The position numbers and the translations under genes are program-made. Under the pieces are notes generated by a model, which saw only the letters and a list, made by a program, of their open reading frames with translations, was not told the origin of the DNA and did not search any database. From Azolla caroliniana (taxonomy: Eukaryota > Plantae > Polypodiophyta), in assembly GCA_043228905.1 (NCBI GenBank), contig JBHGNT010000011.1, positions 22,134,001 through 22,198,000 on the forward strand: a DNA stretch of 64,000 nucleotides. The letters are read 5' to 3'. This document shows, piece after piece, positions 1-13,301 of this stretch. Position 1 is the first letter of the stretch; every line of letters starts with the position of its first letter.

Positions 1-635
1 GAACCATGATTGGATACATTTCTAATGATGTGGCACATTCCAAAAGTAATCTATTATTGGAAACAAATATGTTAAGGGCCAGTGGAGAATTCAACATTGA
101 GTTGAAGGAAGACTTGTTTCTCTCACGATGTGTACTTAGGATATTGGTTAGTGGGCGTCTATTACAATCGAGGAAAATTGCTCTAGCAATTTGATGGGGG
201 TACATATGACTATATGAAACCAATATTGTACAATATTAATCTTGTCGCAAGTTACCCTCTTTTTTCCACAATTAAAACTGCCTATCAATCAATCCTAATA
301 GTTCCTTGTTGACTCTTTGGACTTTTACCATGTGACGTTGAGCCAATGGTTAGATTTCTTGCATGGTCTTGATCAAGACTTGGGTTAGATTATCACTACT
401 GACTATCACTAAGAAGCACAATTCTAGGCATGGTCCATATCGGTTATTTAAGCCTCTTAACGATAGGCATGGGGGTTGACGACGTTGATAGGTGTACTAA
501 TGCCCTGAGCGAGCGTGTCGAAGGTTTCGAACGCGTGGGATAAACATTCTTTTCCTGTGGTTTTTTACCAAACCCATTCCCATGGCTTTCTCTGACAAGA
601 TAGTGGTGGTAGGGCACTAGTGCACTAGTAGTAAT

Positions 636-725
636 GAGAGAGAGAGAGTGTGTGTGTGTGTGGGTGTGAACAAAAAGGAGAAGATTTGTTTGGGTTGGGA
701 GAGTTTTGGCCCTACACTAGTGACA

Positions 726-769
<44 letters not shown>

Positions 770-2470
770 GTTTTCTGTTCTTTGTTTTTTTGGATGCTTT
801 CTTACACTCCTACAATCTTAAGCTTAAAAAAGAAAATAAACAAAAGAGGCAGAAGAAGAAGGAGGAAAGACGCCCCCCTCCTCCCTTTCTCTCTCTTTAA
901 ATAATTAATAACAATAAATCAAAGCAGACACAACTCTCAAGGCTATGAGTTCAAGTCCTGTACTTCCTGCATCTGCCTCTGCCTCTGCCTCTGCCTCTGC
1001 TGCTGCTACTCACACTAGCATTTTTAACTGACTTTCACTTAATAAGAGCTTAAACTTTAACTTCTTACTCGCTTTTATCTTCTGATCAGCATCATCATCA
1101 TCATCAAATCAATCAAATAGATACACACACATAATAAGGAGAAGAGCTTTCTTTCTTTCTTTAACTATCTAATCTACATACATATTTATATGTGTATTTG
1201 TGTGTGTGTGTGTCTCTCTCTCTGTCTCCGTTTCTGTGTATGAATTTGTTTTTTAAGTTCAGAAGAATTGGCAGAGCCACATATCAGTCAGGAAAGAACA
1301 AGAAAACAGAATTGAAGGAAGCACTCAGAGGTACTTAAAACTCAATATAGAATACACCACACACACATATATTATACATATAGATATATACGTACGTACA
1401 CACAGGTTGAGAGAGAGAGAAAGGGGGGGTACTCTCTATAACCCAATGGTAATTCATGAAACCAATCATAATCATGATAGCCTATAGATAGACTATTTAA
1501 CTCTCTATATGTATGTAAGAAGGGGCTATATATACTTCAACTGCTACCGTCTATCCATCAATCAATCAATCAATCAATCAATATTTTGTAATTGGTTTCT
1601 TTTTTGTGGCAAAACCCCATTTATTAGACACTCAAACTCTATATGTATATGCATACAAACAAACAGCAGCAGAAGGAGATGAGGAAGTTCACACCAGAGT
1701 CCAGACCTACCTAATAAAGCCTTGAAAATAGAGATGTGTGTGTGTGTGTGTGTGTGTGTAGCTTAATGAATAAGCTAAGTAAGGATAATAAGTGTGTAGT
1801 AGAGTAGTACTCTGTCCTTATTACTACTGCTGCCCACTTCACCTTCATCTGCTTAAACCTCCAGGGCCCAGCCCAGGCTGCTCCTCCTCCTCCTACTTAC
1901 ACAAAACCCACAAATACATATATGTACATATATATGTTATTTTGTCTTTTAAACACTTATTATTATAGTGGTCGTAGTACTAATGGCCTGGCTCTAATAA
2001 TAATAATGATGATGATGATGATGATGATGTCCTTTTTCTGGAGAACTGGTATCACTCACTCCCTCACTCTGATCATCACTTCTCACACGATCATTACTCC
2101 ATTCCCTCCCTCTCTTTTCTGCTTTTCACTACCTTTTCTCTTCTTCTTCTTCTTCTTCTTCTTCTTCTTCTTCTTCTGCCGCTGCTGCTGCTGCTGCGCA
2201 TAATTCATCAGGATTTACTCCCCTGTCAAAAAAGAAGGCTTAATAATTCACCATCTGGTTTTCTTTCTTTCCTTTTTTCTTTTGTTTTTAACCCGCGCGC
2301 GCGCGCGTGTGTGTGTGTACTACCCTCTCTCTCTCTCTCTCTCCAATTTCTCTGATTATCTCTGAGTTCAAAACCTGACACAACCACTTCTTTCTCTTTC
2401 TATTTCACCATCACCATCATCATTCTCCTCCTCCTCCTCCTCCTCCTCCTCTTCTTCTTCTTCTTCGTCT
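636..2470. repeat. Microsatellite-dense promoter/5' region of the zinc-finger gene: (GA)n, (GT)n, (CT)n, (ATCA)n, (ATG)8, (TTC)n, (CG)n(TG)n, (TCC)n
   Basis: Directly visible runs, e.g. (CT)n ~729-767, (GT)n ~1735-1759, (ATG)8 2006-2029, (TTC)n ~2138-2176, (CG)n(TG)n ~2294-2318. Confidence 0.9.
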
Positions 2471-2635
2471 GAATACTTCTAACTTCTTCCTTCTCTCGGC
2501 GTCTCCATCTCAACTTTTAATCTTCTCGCTTGCTCGTGAAATCTATCTGCTTCTATTTCTTCTTCATTGAATTGAAATATTGTTCTTTCCCTTCTCTTCT
2601 CTTTCTTGCTTTCTTCTGTGATTAGATACTCGAGT

Positions 2636-3302
2636 ATGGGTGATGAACAAAGCAGTTCATCTTCGGCGCCTGCACCACTTATACGAGATTTCATGTCAGG
2701 CTATAATGGCAGCCGCGTGAAAGAAATAGAACTAGAATTCGTGCAAGAAAGACCTGGTCCACAAGAACGAGAGCAAGAGGCAGAGTCAAGGCTCGTTAAT
2801 CCTCCGGCGAATCCAGATAGCACCGCTACCACTACCTCTGATCAATACACAGGGAATCCTCCACATAGTTGCCGTGCTGCTGCTGCTGCTGCTGCAGCAA
2901 TGTCCAATGATGAATGGTTGGATTTGAGCCTAGTAGTGGCATCGTCATCAGATCAACAGGCGGTAGCACGTGCCAGATCGGCAGAGGATATGTCACCAAC
3001 AACCATGGCTACGGATGGCGGTGGTAGCGTGGACACTGTGCCGACCATTACTACAGACGAAGACGAGAGGTTATTGTTTGTGGGGCGGGATCAAGAGAGA
3101 CTCCTCCAGCCGATCGGCACAGGTCCGTCGAAAGGCGATTTGAATGGAGGCGGCGGAGGTGTTGAGCCCCGAGTGTTCCCTTGCTATTTTTGTGATCGGA
3201 AATTCTACAGCTCCCAAGCCTTGGGCGGGCATCAGAATGCGCACAAACGCGAGCGGTCGGCCGGCCGCTCCAAGCTCGTCAATCACAACATAGCGATGGC
3301 GC

Positions 3303-3335
<33 letters not shown>

Positions 3336-3620
3336 TCAAGATGGGGCAATTTCATGGGCGACCTTCATTCAATAGTAGTATCGAGCCTCCGCCGCCCTAC
3401 TCAGCGTCCATACGATCCCTGGGCATTAAAGCTCATTCGCTCATCCACAAGCCATCGAGCATCAACAATTCCGGGTGGGCCAGGGCGGCGCCACTACATG
3501 GCTCCACGTCACCGCTTCAGGCACCACCATCACCGCTTCAACTACCGCCGCCGCCGCCGCCGCTACCACCGCATTACAGCCACAACTACAACACCAACCA
3601 TAGTAACCTGCCGCACATGA

Positions 3621-3656
<36 letters not shown>

Positions 3657-4231
3657 GGTCTTCTTCACTGTTAATGCCAGGGTGTGGGCGTGCTGCTCTG
3701 GTCGGACAAAACCCCCCTTCCGCCGCCACGGATATGGCTGTATCCTTATCCTCCGCCCGACCCAACCCCCTGTTCATGGGCAGTGCCAAATTCTCTTCTT
3801 CAAGTTATCCGGCGTCCAGCAGTTACAATTTTGGGCCAGCACCTCGCTTCCAATATCAACTAGTGGGGGAGGAGGAGCAATACGGAGGCGGTGGTGGAAC
3901 ATGGCTGTGGGCGGCCGGCCAAGCCGTGGGACAAGCGCGGGATGGACACGCCACCGATGGCTTACCTGGAAGCCACTTGGGTATCCTAGAAACACCCTTG
4001 TCCCCTCCAATTCCCCAGACCTTTTCTTCCAATTCTACTGTTACCACTACGACTAATACTAATATGCGCCATCCTCATCCTCATCATAATCATCATCACG
4101 AAGAAGAACAAGAACAAGAACAAGAACAAGAACAAGAGGAAGCAGAAGATCATGATCATGATCTTGATCTTGATCACCATCATCTTCATCTTCTTCATCG
4201 CCGTCACGTAGACCTTTCCCTTCGCCTATGA
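2636..4231 (+). CDS. Single-finger C2H2 zinc-finger transcription factor (plant ZFP1/3/4/7-like) with EAR repression motifs; intronless
   Basis: First in-frame ATG is at 2636 (the ORF track starts at an upstream TTG). FPCYFCDRKFYSSQALGGHQNAH contains the plant QALGGH motif. The SLGIKAHSLIHKP motif resembles ZFP3/4/7-type proteins. C-terminal DLSLRL and internal LDLSL are EAR motifs. Many homopolymer tracts. Confidence 0.92.
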
Positions 4232-7200
4232 AGAGGTCTCTAAATTTGGAATTTATATCAGATGAAGAGATTGATTTGATGATATGCTCTTACTACTGCT
4301 ACTATAACCTAATTTCGTCGTCTGATCAGGACCTTTCGTTTTATCATACATATACATATACACCTCAAAAAATCTCGTCTGCCTATCTATCTAACCTTGT
4401 CTCTTCGATGGTATTCGAAATGTGTATACATCTATTTCTTTCATTAACATTTTTAGCGCGTAGTGTTGTGTCTGCCTCGAAAAACAGGGTAGTATTTTAG
4501 AACGAAGAAAAGAGGAACTCGTGGCGACGCAATTCATGCTCGCTCCACCACCACACACACTTTGAACGAACTCTAATGGACATGCATATATATATGTATA
4601 TGATACAGAGAAGAAGAAACAGAGGGGGGGGAAAACAAAGCATGTGTTAACTACACAAGACACGCTCTGTTCAACTATGTACTTAATCTTGTTTGTGTTC
4701 CTCTGCTTGCCTTCTTCGTCTTCTTCTTTAGCCTAATGTCCTTCTCTTGTGTAAGCATGCGTTCTTACCAAGTAAGTCTTGGATTTGACATCGTATTTGC
4801 CTGTTTTCTCCCCTTCAGTTACTTACAGTGAGGATGATCGTGGGTGGAGTTTAGGTTAGGTCATATTCTAATTCATGTGTGCCATATACAATTTATGTAC
4901 ATATATAATATACACATTGCTATTCCCGTGTGTGGATTTCTTTGCTTTAAATTGTTCTCATTGATGGGAGTGTACCACATTGGTTTACATTGTTCTCCTT
5001 AATGCCATGTGCGGGTTGATTGGTTTAGATTATTCTCATTCCACTCCATTAGTTTAGATGGGTCTTGGTTTCATTCATGTCATGTGGACTGGCTTTAGAT
5101 GCTTCTTATCCATGTGTATGGTTTCACGAAAAATCTAGATATTTTTTATTGTCATTCATGGGACTTAACTCAACACCTTACGGCACTTGTGTTGGTCCTA
5201 TGATGTGCAGTTGTGTGCGTGTGTGTGCGTGTGTGTGTGTGTGTGTGTGTTTGGACCTTTAGCAACTTAAAGCTTCTTTTGAAAGACATTTTCACATATT
5301 CCTTAGTGGAGAATACCCACTTGTTTCTTTGAGGGGGCGTTTCCTAGTGCTCTTAGTCTTGGATTCCTATATTCATGTGATATATTCTAGTAATAATGAG
5401 TAAACAAGAAGAAAGCAAAACCTAGAAGTTAATTCTTGTGTGCTTTATTTACCTTCTCACACGTTTTGCTAGGTGAATTTTTGTTCTACTCCTAAAAGGG
5501 GAGGCATGTGATGTGTTTGATCTAAAGAGAAGGAATCAAAAGACGCTCTGGATGTGCCAAATATGCTTTGACTCTACGAATTAGTGTAGCAATTGCCAAT
5601 AGGGCTTTGCTGATATAAAACACACGCACACAAAGGTTGGCATCTAGTTCCGGAAGAGGCTTTTGGTAGTCCCTTCCCAACACTAAATTTTGTATTAATT
5701 ATGATATATGAGAGACTGTCCTTCCACAAGATATGAGCTTCTGATGTATACAAGACCTATACAAACTTGGATTTTAGTGATCTCTTCTGGAATTGGAAAA
5801 ACAAAAAAAGACAAAATGAAGCACTTGCATAACTTCCACAAAATGGTGACAAAAGATCTCGATTTAAGAAGTTGGATGGATAGTGACAAAGAAATAAAGA
5901 AAATCATAAGCTTGCGTCAAATGGTGACAAATTAACTCTAATCATCGTGCATCAAAACACTTCTCTTTCCAAGGTGCCAAATGTCTCTTCATTTGAAGGG
6001 TTTCAAAGTGACTCATCATGAATATACTGCGTAATGATGACATTCACAAAGAACCACACATGAGTTATGTAAAAAGAGGAGTGACACATAAAAAGAGAGA
6101 ATAATCTAGGGGAGCTTATTCCATGCAAAACATGCCATTTCTAGTTCTAGAAATAAGGAGCTTGGAGACAACTACCCTTACGATACATTGAAACTATAAC
6201 CATAATCTGGCTGAGAGGAATGCTTCAGGAAATTACACTCTTAGTACTTTTATTCAACCACCATGTGGATCCAACATGACCTTTGCTTGTAAATTGTCCG
6301 ATTTGTAACTGGAGCCACAGTAATAAAATTCCCCTCAAAGCTATTACTTTCATAATGATGAACAATTCAATACTTTCAATGTGATTGAAGCTCCCACATG
6401 AGTGGAACTTCTATTTACCCACATTATTCTCTAAATAAGTTCACATTAAAAATATTTTTCGCTCTCCATAGGTTTCAAATACTATACATAAACATCTTAT
6501 GCAATGAGGAAAATTATTTATTCCAAGCCATAAATTATCTCATGCAAACAGACTTGCGGAAAAACAAAGATGTACTGATACAGCTCAACATGCTTTATTA
6601 TTTTAGTATCACCTTCGCAATATAACTGAAATCTTCAAAAATTTCTCATAATGCCTGATCATGGGCTAAAACTTGAATTGTTGTGCAAATATATACACAC
6701 AAAAAACAAAACTCAAACTCCATTACAACTGACCACACACCACATCCTCACTAAACATATCTTTAACTCCCAGATCCCTAGGCACATACGCTTAAGCATG
6801 GAATTAGTGAAATGGTTTTAACAATGGCTATTTTCTCCAACAAGCATTCCCCAACTATTTTAGCTCTATTGAAATCGGATTCTATTACTTGCACAAATAA
6901 TCCTCATGCTGAACAACACCTCCGTCCACTCAACAACACAACACCATGTTAGGAATCTAGAAACTAACGTATAATCAATCATATTCCAGGGGCAATTTGC
7001 CATGCAAGATCCTAAATAATTTTTTAGTTAAATTAAAAACAACCCTTTTCCTCAATGAAAATAAACATGGCTAACTTGATACACAGGCTCAACCCTTTGG
7101 GAAGGCAAAGAATTATATAAATCTACGAAGCCACCTCAACAATAAATAGAACTGCCCATGGGCCCTTTCATTTCAACCACTCGTTATTTCAAAAGGAAAC

Positions 7201-7338
7201 CTACTCTTGTTTTTCTTCCTCAATTGAATTTCCTACGATGAACCCTTTTCGCCACAAATTTACAAAAGTGTTATGAATTCCTTGTATGAGAATTCTCTAC
7301 GATAACAGAACAAGCAAAGATGGCAGCCTAAACATATT

Positions 7339-10300
7339 CTACAGCTTGTATTCCCGTAGCTGACTCACATTCACCTTTATAGATGGACCCATAGTTGAGC
7401 ATACATAAGCAGTCTTCCAATATATGCCCTTCGATCCAGTTGGCTTATTCGCATCTACAGAATTCTGTTCATAGCAAACCATCAAATAATGAGGAACTAA
7501 AGAATAACATAAACATGATGCGTATTAAATCATTAGCTTATGGCACACAAAGGACTAAAGGTATCATGATGCACACATAACATATCATCAACCAACAAAG
7601 CACCAAGTACTACCACAATGCATAGCATATCATCAAGTGATGAGACACCAAGGATCAAACATATCCTAATGCCTAGAAAATTATCAAAGAGGCGTCAAGA
7701 GCCAAAATATCATAATGCATAAGAAATCATCCATTAATGAGGCACCAAGGAAAAACATATTGTAATGAATGTGACCTAGCCATAGAACATGTGTGAATGC
7801 TGTAAAGAAAACCACCATTAAAACATAAAAGCAAAGTTTAAGAGCATTACTGCCACAGCTATAAGGTTCGTGAGCAAGTCCTCTTCACTAAAATTGGTCT
7901 TGCCAAAGGGAATGTGCACAATCCCTGTCTTGTCAGTTCTGTATTCAACCTTTCCAGCTCTAAACTCTGTTATCGCCTGCACAATTCAAAGGAAGGAAGT
8001 TCTGCTCATATCATGCTACTGAAACTGTTTACACTGTTTGTATGCAGATCCTTCTAGGTTTACACAATAGTCTGCTACTGTTAATAGTTACTGAATCAAA
8101 GCATGGGTATAAATCAGCCACACCTGTCCTAGATCTGTTGTTACAGTGCCTGCCTTTGGATTCGGCATGAGACCCCTTGGCCCCAGCAATCTTCCTAACT
8201 TGGCAACCTGAAAGCAAGGAACATTTGTAAATATATCAGTTAGAACTTAATCAATAAAAATGAAGGATTACATTGGTCCAAAAGATAACTTAATTAATAA
8301 ATGTAAATGAATTCACAGGTCAAAAATTTATTTAGATTTCCCAACACAGTTTCACATTTGAAATGCTTTAGGACGATACAAATTTTAAAAGATCCTATTA
8401 TAGTATAGAAGAAACCTTGGGCATCATATCTGGAGTAGCAATTAACTTGTCAAACTCCAAAAAACCACCAGCAATCTGTTCAATTAGATCTTCAGCTCCA
8501 ACTACATCTGCACCGGCATTCTTTGCTTCAATCTGCTTCTCTCCTAAAATCATTGAGTGATCAGTTAAACAAGCTGATTAGAAGGGCGTAACAGTACAGT
8601 TCTAATATAATCTGCATCGATGCTTCTCTTGCCCAATTTCCATTAAATTGTATTTACAGAAGAAACTAATATGAATATATAAAACCCATGATTGTTTCGT
8701 AATAAGTCCTTGTACAAGTGTAGCACATACCTTGAGTAAGCACAGCTATTCTTACCACCTGGCCAGTACCTTTTGGCAGGGATACCTGCAACACCAATCA
8801 AATTTATTGCATTATTTTTCTTTTCCACTTCTCTTCAGATTGAAAGCAGGGCGTACCCATACTCCCCTTGAACCCTAGTACCATGTTTAGGTTGAACACT
8901 TTCAGTAATTCTTATTTTAAAGAAAGAAAAGTCAACCAGAATAACAGAAAGGTACAGTAAATTTGAAGTGCAATGTTTTAATAAGGGTGGAGAACCAACA
9001 ATAACGTTTCTCACCTTATTTCATATTCAAACATTGTATTAGATACATTACAATTTAATGGAACACCTTTGTGGCATTAAGATTCTTTAAATGTTGTAAT
9101 ATTCCACAACATAGGTGATGCTTGCCATATGATAGGCATTCAGACTTTCACAGAAAAGTCAATTCTCATTTTATCTATCTCACCTTACTATAATCCAGCA
9201 ATTGAGCTCCAATACTGCACAGAACATTAGGTTTTACCATGAAGAATTCTATTTTAGAAACAATTGGGATCATATGTTGGTTACTACTCTTTTCAAGCAG
9301 AAAGATAGAAATAGCCCCAGCAAAAGAAATATTTTAACAACGAAAATATAGAATGAAAGAACTATATTACTAGGTTAGTATAAATAGAACGTGGAGAGTA
9401 TACTCTCACCTTGGCATCAGCCAATTTTTTTCACGAATCCGTATTCACAACTAGGTTATCAAGCATTTAATTGGCACACCAATCAGCCCATTCAGAAAGA
9501 GTATCATCAAACCAGACTTGAACACAAGTTTGTAAAATGTGCTCCCTCCTTTGTAGGCTTCAAATATTCAAATTCAAAGCTTCTGTAAATGGTTTGTCCC
9601 TCTGATGAATTATCGAACTTTCCACTTGAGTATCTAAACATCCTGTGATTTTTCTTTTGGACTGTGTGTTCATGGAAATGAACAACATTGACATGTGGAT
9701 ATGAGAATGTTTCAGGCCTTTCATGTGATATTAGACATCCCTCCATATTATCAAAGCACACTGAGCTTAGGTCCACATTGATACTTACAAATTGACATGA
9801 ATATGTGAACGCTTAACGCATTTTATGTGTTACGAAATATCTCTCTCAATTATATGAACTCCCATAAACTTTATTCACATCTCTGAACAACATCAAAATA
9901 TGCAAATTCACATGAAAATGTGAATATTTTATGCCTTTCATTTGTTATTCTCAAGTATCAAAGCACTCACCGTTGCTCTAAGCTGCTGATCTGAATACTT
10001 TGGGTCAAGATTGAGGCGAAAATGAGCTTCAGCCGTCTCAACGAATTTTGTATTGGCTGTTTCTTTCAGTAATTTGACTGCAACATCCGGAGCGTAGTCC
10101 TGTTTGATGACACGAACTTTCTGAATCTCCAAAAACCGCTTCGACCTAGTCTGAATACGCATGACAAAGAAACCCTAGCATAAGTACACCAAATAGACTC
10201 CCTTACAATATAAAGACATGATCAGGAATAAATATATAGAGAGAAATCATCAAACATTGTGAATCCAACAAAGAAACCGCAGTGTAAGTACATCAAATAG

Positions 10301-11472
10301 TATTCTTTCCCACCATAAGACATAAACGTATAAGATAAACCAGAGATTGCAGCAAACTCTCTGAAACCGAAAAGAAAGTCCCTCAGTTGGCCTTGTTTCC
10401 CACAATAAGACATGAACAACAATAAAAAAACATGGCGAAACATCGACAAAGGTAAAAGCATCGAAAACAATGGAAAGATAGAGAGAAGATATGAAAGACT
10501 CCGAAAATGCAATAGAAACCGTATTATGCCCACAAGGAACAGATGTCTATCAAACAAAAGATATCAACAGGAAGCAAAAATACGAAACAAAAGCCAAATC
10601 ATCAAAACCGATGGAAAAAACACAGACAAATCATGACACGGCTTTCCTTCCAGAAATAGAAATGAATGGAAACACAAAACGTCGAGAAAGAATCAATAAA
10701 GATAAAACGTTCAATGACAACGAAAAAATTTGCTTCTTCCCAGCATAGTGACAAGAACAGAATGATAAACACAGAGTACAATCAAACTGACCTCTTTGCA
10801 AACACTAAGACAGGAACAGAAACAAAAAACACAGATAATGCTCCAAAGACGATGGAAAAACTGAGAATCATAAAAAATACCTCTTTCAGGCACATATAAA
10901 TGAATAGAAACAGTGACATGCCCGAAGCATAAAATACGATGGGAAACTACAGAAAATGTATGAAACGATACCTTCTTTCCACCACCAAAATATGAACCGA
11001 AACGAAAAAACATCGAAGGAAATAACAAGCAAAAGATGAACAATGTAAAATACCCCAAATTCATCAAACAACAGAAAAGGACTTCAAAGAAAATGGTAGA
11101 ACCTACTCGATCTCGTTTGAGAGGGAGAGCAGCTTTCCCTGTCTTAGGTTTAGATGAAGGTTTGTTTGTAGCGACGGAGGCTTCATCTTCTACCGTTTCG
11201 GAGTCTGCTTCGTCTTCGATGGTAGGAAAGAGCTGAGGAACAGCATTCAGGCGAGAAGAGGTTCTACTGTCGATCCATGGAAAAAAAGAGAAGCTTCCAT
11301 TGGAATGCCAAAGAGTATGTCGAGATGTATAAGCCTGAGAAGAGAAAAGAGAAGGAGAAGAAGACGCTGGAGATGGTGAAGAAAATACCGTCGAGGAGGA
11401 GGAAGAGGAGGGTCCAGACAAGGAGAGGGTAGTGGAGAAATCGAGCAGACAGGTAGCTGTGCAGGATGACAT
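7339..11472 (-). CDS. PRPL1: Plastid 50S ribosomal protein L1 (uL1c); 7 exons: 11472-11107, 10150-9971, 8785-8731, 8543-8416, 8207-8124, 7976-7851, 7464-7339
   Basis: All introns are GT-AG. Spliced product: Ser-rich transit peptide, then [117 protein letters not shown]. These are canonical uL1 motifs. Confidence 0.95.
7510..7770. repeat. Degenerate ~50-55 bp minisatellite (~5 units) in PRPL1 intron 6
   Basis: Recurrent ATGCA..A.ATCATC...GCACCAAGG...ATATC units. Confidence 0.55.
10290..11010 (-). repeat. Degenerate tandem array in PRPL1 intron 1 (~7 recognisable cores)
   Basis: Sense-strand core resembling TTCATGTCTTATGGTGGGAAAGAAGG recurs, e.g. TTCATATTTTGGTGGTGGAAAGAAGGTATC, TTCCTGTCTTAGTGTTTGCAAAGAGGTC, TTCATGTCTTATTGTGGGAAACAAGG, TTTATGTCTTATGGTGGGAAAGAA. 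Confidence 0.55.
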
Positions 11473-13301
11473 TGGCGATGGCTTTCTTTCTTCTTCTTCT
11501 TCTTCGTCTTCTTCTTCTTCTTCTCTCACTGGCTAATCCTTTGAGCGAAGCTCTCTGTGAGGGTGTGGTGTGTGTGGATAATGTAGCCACCTGCTTGCTG
11601 CATACCACATACGTATGTATGTATGTATAATGTTAATGCACTAGACACACACACACACACAACCATCCAAGCAAAATGGAGAATGCCTCCTCCTCACGGA
11701 TGGTAGCTAGGCCGAGAGAAGTTTATGTGTGTGAAACCTTCATGCACGCTCTCTTGCGTAACCTTGTTGTTACTCTCCTACCACTCCTGACGACGACTAA
11801 CCGCTCATGCATCTTACTCTACCATCCAAAGGCTCCACCCAATAGTAGCAAGGGCCCAACTAACGAAAAGGTGTTCACATGTTACAATTTGAATGTGTGT
11901 TCCTGCCATCTAATCACCTCATTATCTTCGACATCAATGTCATCCTACCATTATTGAGTCAGTGACCATCAAGAATATTGAACCAAGTTTATCACCAACA
12001 ATGAACAATTTCCAACACATTTGGACCTTTGATCATTGTTGTAGTTCATTCACGATGACTTAGGTTGCTCTACATGAGGGTTAAACATCCAATCTCCTTT
12101 ACGAGCATTAAGGGCACACCATGACATGAGATACATGTGCAACATACCCAATAATGGGCATATATATCTACCAAACTTATAATATACTTGTTAGGGTAGA
12201 AGGAATCAATATCCAATCATCCTCATCGTAAATGAAGGGTGATGACACATGTCGTGCATATCAAATATAATCTAACTTATTGTGGCAGTACGCTCAATCT
12301 TATATGGATATGTATGTATGTATGTATGTATATGGTTTGCACAAAATTACAAGCAATAAATAAATGCATTAACATGTACCCAAGTATGAATACATTATAT
12401 AAATTACACATGCAAATCTGAATCGCCATTGCTGGTTCAATAGGAAATGCAAGGAAAAGTGTTCCACAAAACACTAGTAACAAATATTTTCTCTCAACTT
12501 TGCCATAAATTTTACTAGATAAGCTTCACACAATTGTGTCCTTCCCAAAGAGGCAAGCAACCCAAATAACGTTATTCATTACATATATTTCAATATCCCA
12601 ACTCATGCAAAGAACCAAGCAAAGCAAATAAATTGAGGAAATATGAGTACAAAAGGTTTCTTTACATTCATATCCCATACAGCCAATAGCCTTCAAAGCA
12701 AAGCATAGTCGACAACTTCAAGGTTCCATGTGTTATCTTCTTAGCAAGATGTTGAACACAAAATGGCAGATTATGTAACATGCAACCATAACCAACAAGA
12801 TTTCAAATGAATATATTATCATGGGGAAGACACAAAATTTCAACCATTAGCAACAATATCCATATAACTTTGTGGATTTAGTATTACTTTCAAATATGGT
12901 CACCTATGTTTGGTATCTCTATACTACAAAATAACTATATTGATTGATTTTTTAATCGACTTAAATTAGAGAGGTGATGATTCTATATTACCTGAGCATG
13001 AGTAAAGGATTAATGTTTCTATTTTGCAACTATGTCTATCATTAATAAGATATCTATTAATTCAACAAATTAGATCCATTAATCAATTTCTCATTTGTGA
13101 AAATGTAATAATTGAAATTTATACCGGTTGGTATATGATGGACTTTGAATGAATAATTTCTCGCATCTCAACATGGATTTGCAAAGAAAATGTGTCCTTA
13201 GAAAATTGCAAGAATATATATACGATGATGAATGGTTTATTGTCCACGATACTCATTGATCTTTGTGGCGCAAACACCAATATGGAGTCTCTTGGTTCGC
13301 A

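Noticed and set aside
7510-7770. CRISPR-like repeat-spacer array
   Set aside because: Eukaryotic intron; units are degenerate along their whole length, with no identical repeats separated by unique spacers.
10711-11529. 272-aa ORF with an acidic N-terminus
   Set aside because: It is PRPL1 exon 1 plus intron read-through; the poly-E part is a (GAA)n repeat in the 5' UTR behind a GTG.
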